Source: an uncultured Actinomycetes bacterium (GTDB lineage: Bacteria > Actinomycetota > Actinomycetes > S36-B12 > UBA10799). Taken from it: DNA of 64,000 bases. A program made the translations under genes and the position numbers. Where the stretch lies: the NCBI GenBank assembly GCA_963821045.1, contig CAWGCB010000006.1, forward strand, positions 619,714 through 683,713, written 5' to 3'. Positions 53,059-64,000 of this stretch are shown one piece after another. The notes under the pieces were generated by a model. That model made no database searches, was not told the DNA's origin, and saw only the letters and a list, made by a program, of their open reading frames with translations. The first letter of the stretch is position 1, and each line of letters begins with the position of its first letter.

Positions 53059-54636
53059 TGGGACTCGCTCGGACCTACTCAGCCGTCGTCGTCGGTGTGC
53101 GTGCGCACATCGTTGAGGTCGAGGCGCACTTGAGTCCCGGTCTCCCAGCCTTGACGTTGGTCGGACTGCCGGATACCTCTCTCAATGAGGCCAGAGATCG
53201 GGTGAGAGCCGCCATTGTCAACTCGGGATTGAAGTGGCCAGATTGTCGAATGACGGTTGGCTTGAGCCCAGCTTGGCTGCCTAAGCGTGGTTCCGGACTC
53301 GATGTCGCAATCGCGCTGGCGATCCTTGCGGCCGACGGGCAGATCCCCTCGAATGGTGTCGCAAATCTCGTCGCCCTTGGGGAGCTCGGACTCGACGGTC
53401 GGATCCGGCACGTCTCGGGCGCACTGGCTGCGGCCCTGGCGCTGCGTCGCCTCCCTGGGAGGAAAGCTGACGCGATCGTCGCTGGTGCTCACGATGCTCA
53501 ACTGCTCTCGTCGGTGCCGGACATGAGAGTTCTCACAGTGACGTCGTTGCGCGCCCTCGCGGCCCGACTTCGCGGCGAACAGGAACCTGAGGATGAGGGC
53601 AGCGAATCCCTGCTCGGAATATCGGTCAACGCTGCAGCTCAGCACTCGCCGGTCGGCGCAGACAAGGACATGGCAGAGGTTCGAGGGACAGGACGCCGCA
53701 AAGGTCGGGATTGAAGTCGCGGCCGCCGGAGGACATCACATCGCGCTGCTTGGTCGGGCAGGTGTGGGCAAGACGCTGCTGGCCGAGCGGATACCCGGCC
53801 TCCTGCCAGACCTCTCGGATGAGGCGGCGTTGGAGGTGACGGCGATCCATCAACTAACAGCGCGGCTTCATCGCAGTTCGGGCGGCGGCTTAATACGTCG
53901 GCCTCCCTGGTTCGCACCACATCACAGCGCCTCGCGAGCCGCCATGGTCGGTGGTGGTTCCGATGACCGGCCGACTATCGGGATGGTGTCGCTCGCTCAT
54001 CGGGGCGTGCTCTTCTTGGACGAGGCGGCGGAGTTTGAGCCGTCAGTCATCGATGCGCTGCGTGAACCGCTGGAGTCCGGTGAGGTAAGCGTTGCGCGAT
54101 CTGGGTTCCACCTGACGTTTCCCGCACGGTTTCAACTCGTGGTTGCGACGAATCCCTGTCCGTGTGGGAACGCACTCGATACCCACCGCGGTGCGGTATG
54201 CCGCTGTACTCCGAGCCAGCGACGACGCTATCTCGCTCGGCTATCTGGCCCGCTACTCGATCGAGTCGACGTCCGGGTCGTTTTGCGTCGGCCAACTCTT
54301 GCTGCCATGTCCACGAGCCATCCCTCCGAGACAAGCGAGGCTATAGCGGCGCGGGTTTGCGCCGCCCGAGTGCGAATCGGTGAGTACCTGCTCGGGACGC
54401 CATGGCCCACGATGATCTCGGTTCCTCCAGAAGAACTACTAAAACGGTGGCCGCTTGCGGTCGCTGCGCGCCGGGAGTTGGACGTCGCATGTCGGACGGA
54501 TAGTTTGCGGGGCCGCGATCGGGTTGTCCGGGTGGCCTGGACGCTAGCAGCCCTCGGAGACCGGGGTTCGCCATCAGTCAGTGATATCGCTACTGCCGTG
54601 GGAATGCGCGCCTCGGAGCAGGAGTGGGTGGCATGA
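53058..54636 (+). CDS. YifB/ComM-family Mg-chelatase-like AAA+ ATPase; frame broken once
   Basis: Fragments 53058-53714 and 53593-54636 join near ~53686 (+1). The corrected reading is DMAEVRGQDAAKVGIEVAAAGGHHIALLGRAGVGKT, followed by GVLFLDEAAEF. Confidence 0.9.
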
Positions 54637-55780
54637 GCGATCAAGCAGAAATCGTCGCACGGTTGGCGTTGTCAGGGGCTTTCGAGCCCGGACGCGAGGC
54701 ACTCGGTCTGGCAGTTGCCCAGTACGGGGCTCGAGCGGTGGTCGACGCTTTGAACAGTGGGCGCGGCCACGGCCTAGGACTGCGCGGAATCACTAAGCGA
54801 TGGGAGGAGAAGGACTGGCTCGCCAGGGCAAACGACGAACGGGAAGAGTGCCAGCGGCTAAGCATTGAAGTCTCGGTTCCTGGCGATCGCACCTGGCCGA
54901 CCCAACTCGATGATCTAGGTGAGCGAGCTCCGCTTGCCCTTCGGATTCAGGGGACTGCCGATTTGCGCACTGCAGCGGCCCGCAGTATCGCGATCGTCGG
55001 AGCACGCGGTGCCACTCAATACGGCCAGTGGGTTGCGGAGGACATGGCGGCGCAGCTGGCTGTTCTGGGCTGGTGCGTTGTCTCAGGTGGGGCATTCGGC
55101 ATCGACGCTGCAAGTCACCATGGCGCACTGAGCGTCGGTGGGGTTTCGGTCGCTGTCACGGCGGCGGGGTGCGACCGAGCCGTCCCGGTGAGCCACACGT
55201 CGCTCTACTCGAGGATCTACTCCAGCGGTGCGGTCGTTGGCGAGGTGCCGATCGGTTCGCACCCAAACCGGCACCGGTTCCTGATCAGGAACCGCGTAAT
55301 TGCCGCCCTGGTCCCGGCAGTCGTCGTCGTGGAGGCAGCTCAGCGCTCAGGGGCGTTGGCAACCGCCCGCGAAGCCCTAGCCTTGGGTCGGATAGTCGGA
55401 GCAGTCCCCGGACCTGTGACCTCGGCTCTATCGGCTGGCTGCCATTCAATTCTCCAGAACTCCGACGTCGCTTTGGTTACGTGCGCAGCTGACATCATCA
55501 ACGAGGTGCTCGGCCCCGCGCCGGACTACCGATCGCCGCAGCAGAACTGACCGACAGACAGCGCCGACTGCTGGGCCTCGTCTCGCCAGCGCCACGGCAT
55601 GAGCAATGGATAGGGGAGCGATTGGCCGAGTCTGGTTACGGCGTGAACCTCGCCGAGATTGTGTCGGAGTTGTTTCTCTTGGAACGTCTCGGACTAGTGA
55701 AGCGGGTGAGTAGCGGCTGGGTCCAGGCGCGAAACGGAGTCGCGCAGCCACAACTCGGTCGGGGACCGCGGGTTCGATAG
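54624..55780 (+). CDS. dprA: DNA-processing protein DprA; frame broken once near the 3' end
   Basis: Rossmann-like core IVGARGATQYG...SGGAFGIDAASH...RNRVIAAL. After the apparent stop at 55550, the -1 frame continues with a typical DprA winged-helix tail (ELTDRQRRLLGLV...LAEIVSELFLLERLGLVKRV) ending at 55780. Confidence 0.85.
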
Positions 55781-55833
55781 CCGGGTCCTAGTGGGAGTGA
55801 GCTGATTCTTGGATAAGAACAAACCTGCTGCGT

Positions 55834-56856
55834 TTGACGGCGCGGTCGGTAGCAAGCGACGCTAGGTCTATGTCCAGCAGCGGCGCTTCCGACGAAGCTC
55901 GTGCCACGCCGCCCGCGATCAGCGAGGCGGCCGCGTTGAGCGAGCCGTGGGCGAGAACACTCAAGCAGTTCTACGAGCACCTTCGTTTTGAAGATCGGCG
56001 AGCTGCACACACGATCCGGGCTTACGTGGGCGATATTTCCGCGCTCGGGGCATATTGCATCCGCAGCGGAGTGCAAGATCCGGCGGCGCTTACATTGGCC
56101 ACCTTGCGTGGTTGGCTGGCAGAGATGTCGCGGGATTCCTCGCGTGCCACTCTCGCTCGCCGAGCTGCCGCAGCACGGTCGTTCACGGCCTGGGCAAAGC
56201 GCCAGGAACTGCTACCAGTTGACGTCGGTCTGCGCTTGGCGAGTCCGCGGATTCCACGGACTCTGCCGACGGTTCTACGCCAAGACCAAATGACCGATGT
56301 GCTCGATTCACAACGGGATGAACTCGCGCGTGATTCCCAAGCGGAATCACCTGAGGGCCTGCGCGATATCGCCGTGTTGGAGATGCTCTACGGGTCGGCC
56401 CTGCGGGTCAGTGAACTCTGCGGACTGGATCTGGAAGACATCGATCTTGAGCGACGCACATTGCGCGTGCTGGGCAAGGGCAACAAGCAGCGCGTTGTGC
56501 CGATTGGATTGCCCGCACTTCGAGCGGTGACCCACTGGATTGAGGCTGGACGAGGGCACTGGGTGACAGCGGAGAGTGACGATGCAGTGTTCATTGGTCA
56601 GCGCGGACGCCGACTCGATCCACGTAGTGCGCGTCGCGTGGTCAACGCTGCAACGAGGGGGATCGACGGGGTCGCGCAACTCTCTCCTCACGGGCTGCGG
56701 CATACGGCCGCGACCCATGTCTTGGAGGGAGGGGCGGACTTGAGAACCGTCCAAGAACTGCTCGGCCACGCTAGTCTTTCGACGACTCAGCTATATACCC
56801 ACGTGTCACTTGATCGTTTGAGGACGAGCTATGAGCAGGCGCACCCGCGAGCGTGA
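55834..56856 (+). CDS. xerC: Tyrosine recombinase XerC
   Basis: RAYVGDI...ALRVSELCGL...HGLRHTAATHVLEGGADLRTVQELLGHASLSTTQLYTHV. The start may instead be the ATG at 55870. Confidence 0.9.
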   Translation: MTARSVASDARSMSSSGASDEARATPPAISEAAALSEPWARTLKQFYEHLRFEDRRAAHTIRAYVGDISALGAYCIRSGVQDPAALTLATLRGWLAEMSRDSSRATLARRAAAARSFTAWAKRQELLPVDVGLRLASPRIPRTLPTVLRQDQMTDVLDSQRDELARDSQAESPEGLRDIAVLEMLYGSALRVSELCGLDLEDIDLERRTLRVLGKGNKQRVVPIGLPALRAVTHWIEAGRGHWVTAESDDAVFIGQRGRRLDPRSARRVVNAATRGIDGVAQLSPHGLRHTAATHVLEGGADLRTVQELLGHASLSTTQLYTHVSLDRLRTSYEQAHPRA

Positions 56857-56973
56857 GGCAGCGATTCGATCGCCGCACGCGTACTGCCGGACTCACCCAC
56901 AATGGCTAGACCAAGGAGAACAGCAAGTGACCGGTACCTGTAGTGCGATTGGGTTGGGCCCCAAGGAACGCAG

Positions 56974-57801
56974 GTGCGCACTATGTCGGTAGAGCTTGAG
57001 ACGAACGGTGCCCCCGAACCGGTCAGCGAGAGCGAGGAGCGACTCGCCAACCTTTGGCGCGACTTCAAAGAGTCTGGCGACGAGGCGCTTCGCGAGCAAC
57101 TGATCTTGCACTATTCGCCGCTGGTGAAGTACGTGGCCGGTCGCGTCGGCGCGGGCTTGCCCAACAACGTTGACCAGGCTGACCTAGTTTCCTACGGGAT
57201 TTTCGGGTTGATCGATGCGATCGTTAAGTTCGATCTTGATCGATCAATCAAGTTTGAGACGTACGCAATCAGTCGTATTCGCGGCGCCATCATCGATGAG
57301 TTGCGAAGCATCGATTGGATTCCCCGGTCCGTGCGTACCAAGGCACGGGCAGTGGAGCGCGCCTACTCAACACTTGAGACGCGGCTACAGCGCAGCCCCT
57401 CCGAGGAGGAGGTTGCGCAAGAGATGGAACTGACGGTCCCGGCTCTTCGAAAGATATTTAGTCAGGTTTCGTTCGTGAACATCGTTGCCCTCGATGAATT
57501 GCTGCACGCCGGTGGTGAGCGCGGCGACCACACGACGCTAGGTGAATCTCTCGTCGACCAAAAAGCCGAGGATCCGGTTTCGGTGTTCGAGGACGAGGAG
57601 ACCAAGTACATTTTGGCCGATTCGGTTGCTGTCCTGCCTGAGCGGGAGAAGATCGTTGTCACCTTGTATTACTACGAGGGGCTGACTCTCAACGAGATTG
57701 GTCAGGTTCTCGGCGTCACTGAGAGTCGTGCATGCCAACTCCACACCAAGGCAGTGCTGCAACTACGAGCCAAAATGGCTGATCTCTCTGAGGTTAGCTA
57801 G
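56974..57801 (+). CDS. FliA/WhiG-family RNA polymerase sigma factor
   Basis: [44 protein letters not shown] and [24 protein letters not shown]. It sits between xerC and rpsB, as whiG does in Streptomyces. Confidence 0.85.
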   Translation: MRTMSVELETNGAPEPVSESEERLANLWRDFKESGDEALREQLILHYSPLVKYVAGRVGAGLPNNVDQADLVSYGIFGLIDAIVKFDLDRSIKFETYAISRIRGAIIDELRSIDWIPRSVRTKARAVERAYSTLETRLQRSPSEEEVAQEMELTVPALRKIFSQVSFVNIVALDELLHAGGERGDHTTLGESLVDQKAEDPVSVFEDEETKYILADSVAVLPEREKIVVTLYYYEGLTLNEIGQVLGVTESRACQLHTKAVLQLRAKMADLSEVS

Positions 57802-58571
57802 CAGTTCTTCGCCACACCATTGCGCTCGCAGCGAGCCCTGCGACCACTATTCCGGCAGTCGCTGAGGCCAGCACGCGAGGGACTTTCGCCCCGCGCCGTT
57901 CCGCTATCGGGGCCGGACCTGGACTCGCGCCCATTGCGCGTCGCCGCCCTATCCGTCCCGGTGTCCGCCACCGACCCTGCGTCCCGCAGTGACTTCAAGA
58001 CGGGAGGCTGCAGTGAGATCAGCGTTAGCGGGTTCAGATATTCCTCTCCACGTCGTAGCCCCCAATGCAGACAGCGGGAACTGCAATGCCCGCCGCTGCC
58101 TATGCTTCCGATCGGATCGCCTGCACTGACGCGTTGGCCGAGCCTCACGGTGGCATCGACGGGTTCGTAGGTCGTTCGAAGCTCGCCGTGATTGACAACA
58201 ACCACACCTCGGTCGACGAGTGGGGAGGCATAGGTAACCTCCCCTGCCCCAGCGGAAGCCACCTGTTGGCCGGAGCTAGCCAACAGGTCAACGCCGCGAT
58301 GTCCAGCAAGCCAATCTGCCGCCGGTGGATCGAATCCGTGTACGACTTCTGGATGACCGTTCTGGCTGATCGGATTGACCCATTGCTTGGACTGGATCCC
58401 CGGGGCGCTCGAGGCAATGGCGGCATCCTGTGCAAGAACCGTTGGCACGCCAAGTCCTGCGAGCATTGCTAGGGCGCCGAGCGCAACGGTTAGCGCGCCT
58501 CTGATCGAGCGACGTCCGAGGGGGCGCGTGGAGCAACTTGGCGTCGTCCCTGCGTCGAGTTTTGTGGCCAT
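57798..58571 (-). CDS. Secreted M23-family peptidase
   Basis: The start at ATG 58571 (MATKLD...) gives a signal-like region [24 protein letters not shown]23 core HRGVDL...G.V.Y...G..VVVNHG...T.YEP and [14 protein letters not shown]. The Arg/Ser-rich C-terminal tail may be out of frame. Confidence 0.75.
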   Translation of the reverse strand: MATKLDAGTTPSCSTRPLGRRSIRGALTVALGALAMLAGLGVPTVLAQDAAIASSAPGIQSKQWVNPISQNGHPEVVHGFDPPAADWLAGHRGVDLLASSGQQVASAGAGEVTYASPLVDRGVVVVNHGELRTTYEPVDATVRLGQRVSAGDPIGSIGSGGHCSSRCLHWGLRRGEEYLNPLTLISLQPPVLKSLRDAGSVADTGTDRAATRNGRESRSGPDSGTARGESPSRAGLSDCRNSGRRARCERNGVAKNC

Positions 58572-58947
58572 GGGTAGAAGCGTGCACGCCAGGTTCGGAG
58601 AAATGGCGCAACCGTGAGCCGACCTGTGGATTGCTGCGCCTTGTGGAGCAGGAGGCTCCCGGCAGCAGCCCGCAAGTGCCTTGGCGTAGACTCGCACCCG
58701 CACAGGTTCGCCCTGTGACATCACATCCCGTGCCCGTCCTCGTGGCGGCCGTCCTAATCGTGGTCCGTGAGTATTCACGGCGATTAGCGATGGGCGGGAG
58801 AGGAGCAGCACCAACCGGTGCTGCACAAACCAAATAGCAGCACGTGAGCCAGTCGATTTCAATGCTCAGCTCAAGGCGCAGTGCGCCGCTAGCAGGAGCA
58901 ATGCAACCGGCTCGCCGACACCAGGTGCTGCGCAGAAGGGAAGACCT

Positions 58948-59895
58948 ATGGCCGTCGTAACGATGCGCCAGCTCATGGAATCTGGAGTCCACTTCGGACA
59001 CCAGACCCGCCGCTGGAATCCGAAAATGAAGCGCTTCATCATGACTGAGCGCAATGGCACGTACATCGTGGACCTCACTCAGTCACTCACCTACTTGGAC
59101 CGCGCGTACGAGTTCGTTCGCGAAACCGTCGCCCACGGGGGACGATCCTTTTTGTTGGCACGAAGAAGCAGGCGCAAGAGGCAATCGAAACCCAAGCAAC
59201 GCGGGTAGGAATGCCCTACGTGAATCAGCGCTGGCTCGGCGGAATGCTGACGAACTTCCAGACCGTGCACAAGCGCCTGCAGCGCCTCAAAGAGCTTGAA
59301 GAGATGGATCTTTCTGACGTGGCAGGCTCCGGTGGCCGCACGAAGAGGAACTGCTCATGATGAGCCGCGAGAAGGAGAAGTTGTCGCGCACCCTCGGCGG
59401 AATCCGCGATATGGGCCAAGTTCCGAGCGTCGTCTGGATCGTCGACACCAACAAGGAAGCACTCGCTGTCGCTGAGGCACGCAACCTACACATCCCCGTT
59501 GTCGCCATCCTGGACACCAACTGCGACCCAGATGTGGTGGATTACCCCGTGCCGGGCAACGACGACGCAATCCGCGCCGTTGGACTGCTGACTCGGGTTA
59601 TCGCCGATGCTGCCGCTGACGGACTGATGGCCCGCGCAGGTGCTGCTGCTGCAGCAACTGAAGGTGCCGAGGTTGCCGAGCCAATGCCCGAATGGGAGCG
59701 AGAGGTTCTCGCCACGGACGGCGAAGCTAAAGCCGGCGAAGAAGCGGCGGCTGCGGGTACCGCTGAGGCCAGTGTTCCAGTCGAAACCGTTGACCCCGTC
59801 GGGGTTCCCCAGATTGAGGTGAGGGACACATCGTCCCTACCCTCGACCCGGAAAAGTCAGCAGAAACAGCAATCATCGAGAACGAGGGAGCCTAA
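58948..59895 (+). CDS. rpsB: 30S ribosomal protein S2; frame broken three times
   Basis: [27 protein letters not shown]... breaks -1 at the G5 run 59137-59141. It continues [14 protein letters not shown]...[18 protein letters not shown], then breaks -1 near 59345. It continues [19 protein letters not shown]...[10 protein letters not shown], then breaks -1 near 59820 and ends ...[24 protein letters not shown] at 59895. Confidence 0.9.
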
Positions 59896-59897
59896 CT

Positions 59898-60734
59898 ATG
59901 GCCGCGGTTGCTGCCGCCGAAGTGAAGCGTCTTCGCGAGCTCACCGGCGCCGGAATGATGGACTGCAAGCGAGCTCTCGAAGAAGCCGAAGGTGACTTCG
60001 ACAAGGCGATTGAGGTTCTGCGCATTAAGGGAGCCAAAGACGTCGGCAAACGTCAGAGTCGAAGTGCCTCCAACGGGCTGGTGTTCTCTCACTTGGAGGG
60101 CACTAGCCACGGAGTATTGCTCGAACTGAACTGCGAAACCGACTTCGTCGCAAAGACGAAGGGCTTCCAGTCGCTCGCGGCTCAAGTAACTAGTTTCGTG
60201 GCCACCAATCAGCCCGGCGATGTTGACTCACTGATGGCTGCCGAGATCGAGTCAGGACAGACGGTTCAAGAATTGCTCAATGAGGCCAATATCAGCCTCG
60301 GTGAGAAGATCGAGATCCGCCGATTTGCCCGCTTCGACAATGGATCAGTGTTCGTCTACTTGCACAAGCACGACCCGGCGCTACCGCCGAGCGTGGGTGC
60401 ACTCGTCGAACTCGATCAAGACAACGAGGAGTTGGCGAAGGGGATCGCTCAGCACATCGCTGCTATGGCTCCTAGCTACTTGGCACGCGAGGATGTCCCG
60501 GACGACGTCGTCGCCAACGAGCGACGTATCGCCCAAGAGACCGCCATCGAAGAGGGCAAGCCGGAACAAGCGATCAGCAAGATCGTGGAAGGCCGCACAA
60601 ACGGTTTCTTCAAGGATGTCTGTCTACTTGAGCAGTCCTACGTTCGCGACAACAAGAAGACCATCAAGGCACTGCTCGCCGAGAATGGTGCAAACGTGAC
60701 GCGTTTTGCACGGTTCAAGGTCGGACAGGGCTAG
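59898..60734 (+). CDS. tsf: Elongation factor Ts
   Basis: 278-aa ORF with [34 protein letters not shown] and [10 protein letters not shown]. Confidence 0.95.
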   Translation: MAAVAAAEVKRLRELTGAGMMDCKRALEEAEGDFDKAIEVLRIKGAKDVGKRQSRSASNGLVFSHLEGTSHGVLLELNCETDFVAKTKGFQSLAAQVTSFVATNQPGDVDSLMAAEIESGQTVQELLNEANISLGEKIEIRRFARFDNGSVFVYLHKHDPALPPSVGALVELDQDNEELAKGIAQHIAAMAPSYLAREDVPDDVVANERRIAQETAIEEGKPEQAISKIVEGRTNGFFKDVCLLEQSYVRDNKKTIKALLAENGANVTRFARFKVGQG

Positions 60735-60799
60735 CATCTCCTCTATCTGGCTTGCACACACCTGAGATCCGTTCTCTAGCAGACGAGAGGAACCCCGCG

Positions 60800-61576
60800 A
60801 TGCCGACTGCGGTCCAGCCAACCTTGGAGGGAACCGTCGAACGTTGGTCTGACGTCCCCGAGCGGGGATGGAACCGGGTTCTTCTCAAACTCTCGGGTGA
60901 GGCTTTTGCTGGCGGTGGTGGACTCGGCGTCGATCCTGACGTTGTCTCCACCATCGCTCGCCAGATCTCGGATGTCGTTGCTGGCGGCGCTGAAGTTGCC
61001 GTGGTCATCGGTGGTGGCAACTATTTTCGCGGAGCCGAACTGTCCGAACGAGGGATGGATCGATCGCGGGCCGATTACATGGGCATGCTCGGCACTGTCA
61101 TGAACTGCCTGGCCTTGCAGGATTTTCTGGAACGCCAGGGCGTCGAAACTCGGGTGCAGACAGCGATCGCTATGGGTCAGGTGGCTGAGCCCTACACTCC
61201 GCGGCGAGCGATCAGACATATGGAGAAGGGCCGCGTCGTCATCTTCGGCGCAGGACTGGGGGTGCCCTTCTTCTCGACTGATACCTGCGCCGCCCAGCGA
61301 GCACTCGAAACCGGCGGCCAAGTCGTGCTGATGGCAAAGAGCGTCGACGGCGTCTACGACGACGATCCCCGAACGAACCCCCAAGCGGTTCGCTACGACC
61401 GCCTCACCTACGACGATGTGCTGACCCAAGACCTGAAGGTCGCCGATGCGACGGCAATCAGCTTGTGTCGAGACAACGCCATGCCGATTATCGTCTTTGA
61501 CCTACTCGCCGAGGGGAATATCGCTCGTGCCGTCGCGGGCGAACGGATCGGAACTCTCGTCACCGCCGATGCCTAA
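60800..61576 (+). CDS. pyrH: UMP kinase
   Basis: [32 protein letters not shown] and [16 protein letters not shown]. The ATG at 60800 is preceded by GAGAGG. The ORF is open from 60752. Confidence 0.95.
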   Translation: MPTAVQPTLEGTVERWSDVPERGWNRVLLKLSGEAFAGGGGLGVDPDVVSTIARQISDVVAGGAEVAVVIGGGNYFRGAELSERGMDRSRADYMGMLGTVMNCLALQDFLERQGVETRVQTAIAMGQVAEPYTPRRAIRHMEKGRVVIFGAGLGVPFFSTDTCAAQRALETGGQVVLMAKSVDGVYDDDPRTNPQAVRYDRLTYDDVLTQDLKVADATAISLCRDNAMPIIVFDLLAEGNIARAVAGERIGTLVTADA

Positions 61577-61668
61577 TCAACCTGGCGCATGCCCCAAACG
61601 TCTTACATACTCGAACTACTTAAAACACTGAGAAGACAAATCAGAACACCACCGTCCGATACGACCTG

Positions 61669-62238
61669 ATGGAGCGCACCTTGATCGACGAGATTCTGCT
61701 TGAAGCCGAGGCCAAAATGGACAAAGCGATCGGTGTCGCCCGCGAGGATTTTGCGACCATTCGTACGGGCCGCGCTACCCCGGCCATGTTTGCGAAGATC
61801 ACGGTCGAGTACTACGGGAGTCAGACGCCGCTAAATCAGGTGGCGAGCTTCCAGACGCCGGAGGCGCGGATGATTCTCATCACGCCCTACGACCAGAGCG
61901 CAATGAATGAAATTGAAAAGGCAATCCGCGAATCAGATCTCGGTGTTAACCCCACGAACGACGGCAAACTCGTTCGCGTGGTGCTGCCGCTGCTTACCGA
62001 AGAGCGACGCAAGGAGTACATCAAGGTCGCCCGTTCGAAGGCGGAGGATGCCCGAGTCTCCATTCGCAACATTCGCCGCCACGCGAAGGATCAGCTCGAT
62101 AAGTTGATGAAAGATGGCGAAGCAGGAGAGGATGAGGTCCGTCGCGCTGAGAAGCAGCTCGACGATGTCACCGGCAAGCACGTGACCCACGTCGACGACA
62201 TCCTCAAACACAAAGAAGCCGAACTGCTTGAGGTGTAA
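61669..62238 (+). CDS. frr: Ribosome recycling factor
   Basis: 189-aa ORF with [40 protein letters not shown] and SIRNIRR. Confidence 0.95.
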   Translation: MERTLIDEILLEAEAKMDKAIGVAREDFATIRTGRATPAMFAKITVEYYGSQTPLNQVASFQTPEARMILITPYDQSAMNEIEKAIRESDLGVNPTNDGKLVRVVLPLLTEERRKEYIKVARSKAEDARVSIRNIRRHAKDQLDKLMKDGEAGEDEVRRAEKQLDDVTGKHVTHVDDILKHKEAELLEV

Positions 62239-62241
62239 CGC

Positions 62242-63102
62242 GTGGACAAGTCCCAGCCCCCCGCTGACGTCGACGCAGACGCGCCCGAGAAGAAGAGCAA
62301 AGCCGGAAGAAACCTACCGGTAGCGATCGCTGTTGGGGTCGCCATCGGCGGCTTTGCGCTGCTGACCCTGTTCACCCAAGCGTGGCTCTTTGTCGCCTTG
62401 GCCTGTGCGGCTATCTGCATTGGGATTTGGGAGGTTACGAACTCCTTCGCGAACGTTGGTATTCGCATTGCCCGAACCCCGCTCTACCTTGGTGCCATCG
62501 CGTGTTCCGCAGCGACCTATCAGTGGGGCGTTATCGCCCAACTTGTGACGTTCGGGACGATCGTCGTCTTTGTCCTCATGTGGCGCATCCGACGTGGCAC
62601 TGACGGCTACGTCAAAGACGTCACGGCGACCGTCTTCACGGCCGCTTACTTGCCGTTCATGGTCGGCTTCGTCATGTTGATGCTTCGCCAGGACAACGGC
62701 CCGCAGTTGGTGGTCGTCTTTGTTGCGCTAACGGTGTGCAATGACGTGGGTGGCTACGCCGCTGGCGTCCTCTTTGGAAAGCACCCGATCGCCCCGCAGA
62801 TCAGCCCGAAGAAGTCGTGGGAAGGGTTCGCCGGGTCAGTCATCGTCGCAATGAGCGTCGGAGCGTGGTTGTTCATTTGGCTGCTGGAGGCACCGTGGTG
62901 GCAGGGCGCGATCACTGGCTTCGTGATGACCATCGCCGCCACGGCGGGAGACTTTGCTGAGAGTGCCATCAAGCGTGACCTCGGAGTCAAGGACATGAGC
63001 AAGATTCTCCCCGGCCACGGCGGGGTCATGGACAGACTCGATTCCCTCGTCCCAAATGCGTTCGTGTCGTGGGCGCTGTTCTACTTCTTCTTGGGCGGCT
63101 AG
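62242..63102 (+). CDS. cdsA: Phosphatidate cytidylyltransferase
   Basis: Polytopic 286-aa ORF with C-terminal [28 protein letters not shown]. Confidence 0.9.
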   Translation: MDKSQPPADVDADAPEKKSKAGRNLPVAIAVGVAIGGFALLTLFTQAWLFVALACAAICIGIWEVTNSFANVGIRIARTPLYLGAIACSAATYQWGVIAQLVTFGTIVVFVLMWRIRRGTDGYVKDVTATVFTAAYLPFMVGFVMLMLRQDNGPQLVVVFVALTVCNDVGGYAAGVLFGKHPIAPQISPKKSWEGFAGSVIVAMSVGAWLFIWLLEAPWWQGAITGFVMTIAATAGDFAESAIKRDLGVKDMSKILPGHGGVMDRLDSLVPNAFVSWALFYFFLGG

Positions 63103-63106
63103 CAAC

Positions 63107-64000
63107 GTGGCCGCCGATCTACCCAATCCGACTCGTCGCGAGTTCGTCGAGCGCGCAGCAAAGAAGAAGGGCACGCTGCCGCCGCGCCATCTCAGCGATC
63201 TGACGGGTCAGGAACGCAAAGAAGCAGTGGCGGAGTTGGGAATCCCCGCATTCCGTGCTGACCAACTCTCTCGGCATTGGTTCTCCCGCCTAGAGAACGA
63301 TCCGAGCGAGTGGACTGACCTGACCGGCGCTGCGCGCGAGGCGATCACCGAGGCGCTGCTACCCCCGATTCTGACTCCCGTGCGAGCGCTCACCTGCGAC
63401 AAAGGTGCCACTTTGAAGCAGGTATTTCGGCTGCACGATGGCGCGCTCGTCGAGAGTGTCTTGATGCGCTATCCGAACCGGGTGACTATGTGTGTCTCGA
63501 GCCAGGCCGGGTGCGCGATGAACTGCCCGTTCTGTGCAACTGGCCAGGCTGGGCTCACCCGAAATATGTCGACCGCCGAGATCGTTGAGCAGGTGCTCGC
63601 TGGCGCGCGTGCCTTGGCCCGCGGTGAAGTCGCCGGGGGCCCCGGCAGGGTCTCCAATGTTGTTCTGATGGGTATGGGAGAACCCCTTGCCAACTACAAC
63701 CGGGTCGTTAAGGCACTGCGCATTCTGACTGCTGAGGCCCCCGATGGTCTGGGCATGTCGGCCCGGGGAATCACAGTTTCAACCGTGGGTCTGGTGCCTC
63801 GTATTCGGCAGCTGGCCGATGAGGGGTTGCCCTTCAATCTCGCGGTCTCGTTGCACGCCCCCGACGACGAGTTGCGCAACGAGTTGGTGCCGATTAATAA
63901 CCGCTATCCCGTCGCGGAGGTGCTGGACGCCGCTTGGGAGTACACCCGAAAGACGAAACGTCGAGTCTCGATTGAGTACGCCCTGATCCGTGACATTAAC
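63107..64000 (+). CDS. rlmN: 23S rRNA/tRNA A2503 methyltransferase RlmN (radical SAM), 3'-truncated by the window edge
   Basis: GTG at 63107. [11 protein letters not shown], radical-SAM cluster [25 protein letters not shown] and [17 protein letters not shown]. The frame is open to the end of the window. Confidence 0.9.
   Translation, partial: MAADLPNPTRREFVERAAKKKGTLPPRHLSDLTGQERKEAVAELGIPAFRADQLSRHWFSRLENDPSEWTDLTGAAREAITEALLPPILTPVRALTCDKGATLKQVFRLHDGALVESVLMRYPNRVTMCVSSQAGCAMNCPFCATGQAGLTRNMSTAEIVEQVLAGARALARGEVAGGPGRVSNVVLMGMGEPLANYNRVVKALRILTAEAPDGLGMSARGITVSTVGLVPRIRQLADEGLPFNLAVSLHAPDDELRNELVPINNRYPVAEVLDAAWEYTRKTKRRVSIEYALIRDIN

Noticed and set aside
55834-56856. The tyrosine recombinase as a marker of an integrated mobile element.
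   Set aside because: The sequence and the dprA-xerC context are those of the housekeeping XerC chromosome-dimer resolvase. I saw no flanking att-like repeats, tRNA gene or phage/IS genes.
58572-58800. A c-di-AMP (ydaO-type) riboswitch in the leader of the M23 peptidase gene, suggested by a CGCUAAUC-like start and nested helices.
   Set aside because: I could not find the conserved purine-rich ACGGGGA/CCCA-type cores of that motif. The resemblance is limited to a few nucleotides.

Overview
This is a visibly GC-rich core-chromosome segment from an actinobacterium (Actinomycetota), densely coding on both strands. I could not identify the organism more precisely.

Left third:
- An MMPL transporter.
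- A split carotenoid gene set. One part is crtE-crtI-thioesterase. The other is a crtD-like desaturase, a GT2 glycosyltransferase, a DUF422/CruF-like protein and a CrtA-like protein. The two parts are separated by metF and a CDP-alcohol phosphatidyltransferase, and a VanX-like dipeptidase sits inside the second part.
- Late haem genes (hemY, hemQ), msrB and a TetR regulator.
- A MoxR-DUF58-transglutaminase-like operon.
- A Prim-Pol/LigC-type repair pair.
- A copper cluster: a His-rich membrane protein, a Met-rich DUF5134-like protein and a CopA-type ATPase.

Middle:
- An OB-fold/DUF3159 pair and a trkA remnant.
- Aconitase and dxs.
- A membrane-PAS-GGDEF-EAL protein.
- A Tat-metallophosphoesterase/lipoprotein/membrane-protein operon.
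- amt-glnK, a structured spacer, a second PII gene, then glnD.

Right third is the classic housekeeping block: ffh-rpsP-KH-rimM-trmD-rplS-lepB-lepB-rnhB-DUF2469-yraN-yifB-dprA-xerC, a WhiG/FliA-type sigma factor, an M23 peptidase, then rpsB-tsf-pyrH-frr-cdsA-rlmN.

I saw no rRNA, tRNA, CRISPR array, transposase or prophage signal.

The dominant feature is about 22 single-base frame breaks inside otherwise well-conserved genes. These include rpsB (3 breaks) and aconitase (5 breaks). Where I could localise a break it was usually in or beside a short homopolymer. This looks more like indel error in the assembly than biology, although very recent gene decay cannot be excluded from sequence alone.

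I found no convincing new multi-gene defence or mobile system. The best follow-up candidates are:
- the tandem PII genes and their hairpin-rich spacer;
- the Tat-phosphoesterase operon that shares a repeat-rich control region with amt;
- the Met/His-rich membrane proteins next to the copper ATPase;
- a transglutaminase-like protein whose Cys-His-Asp triad appears to be replaced.
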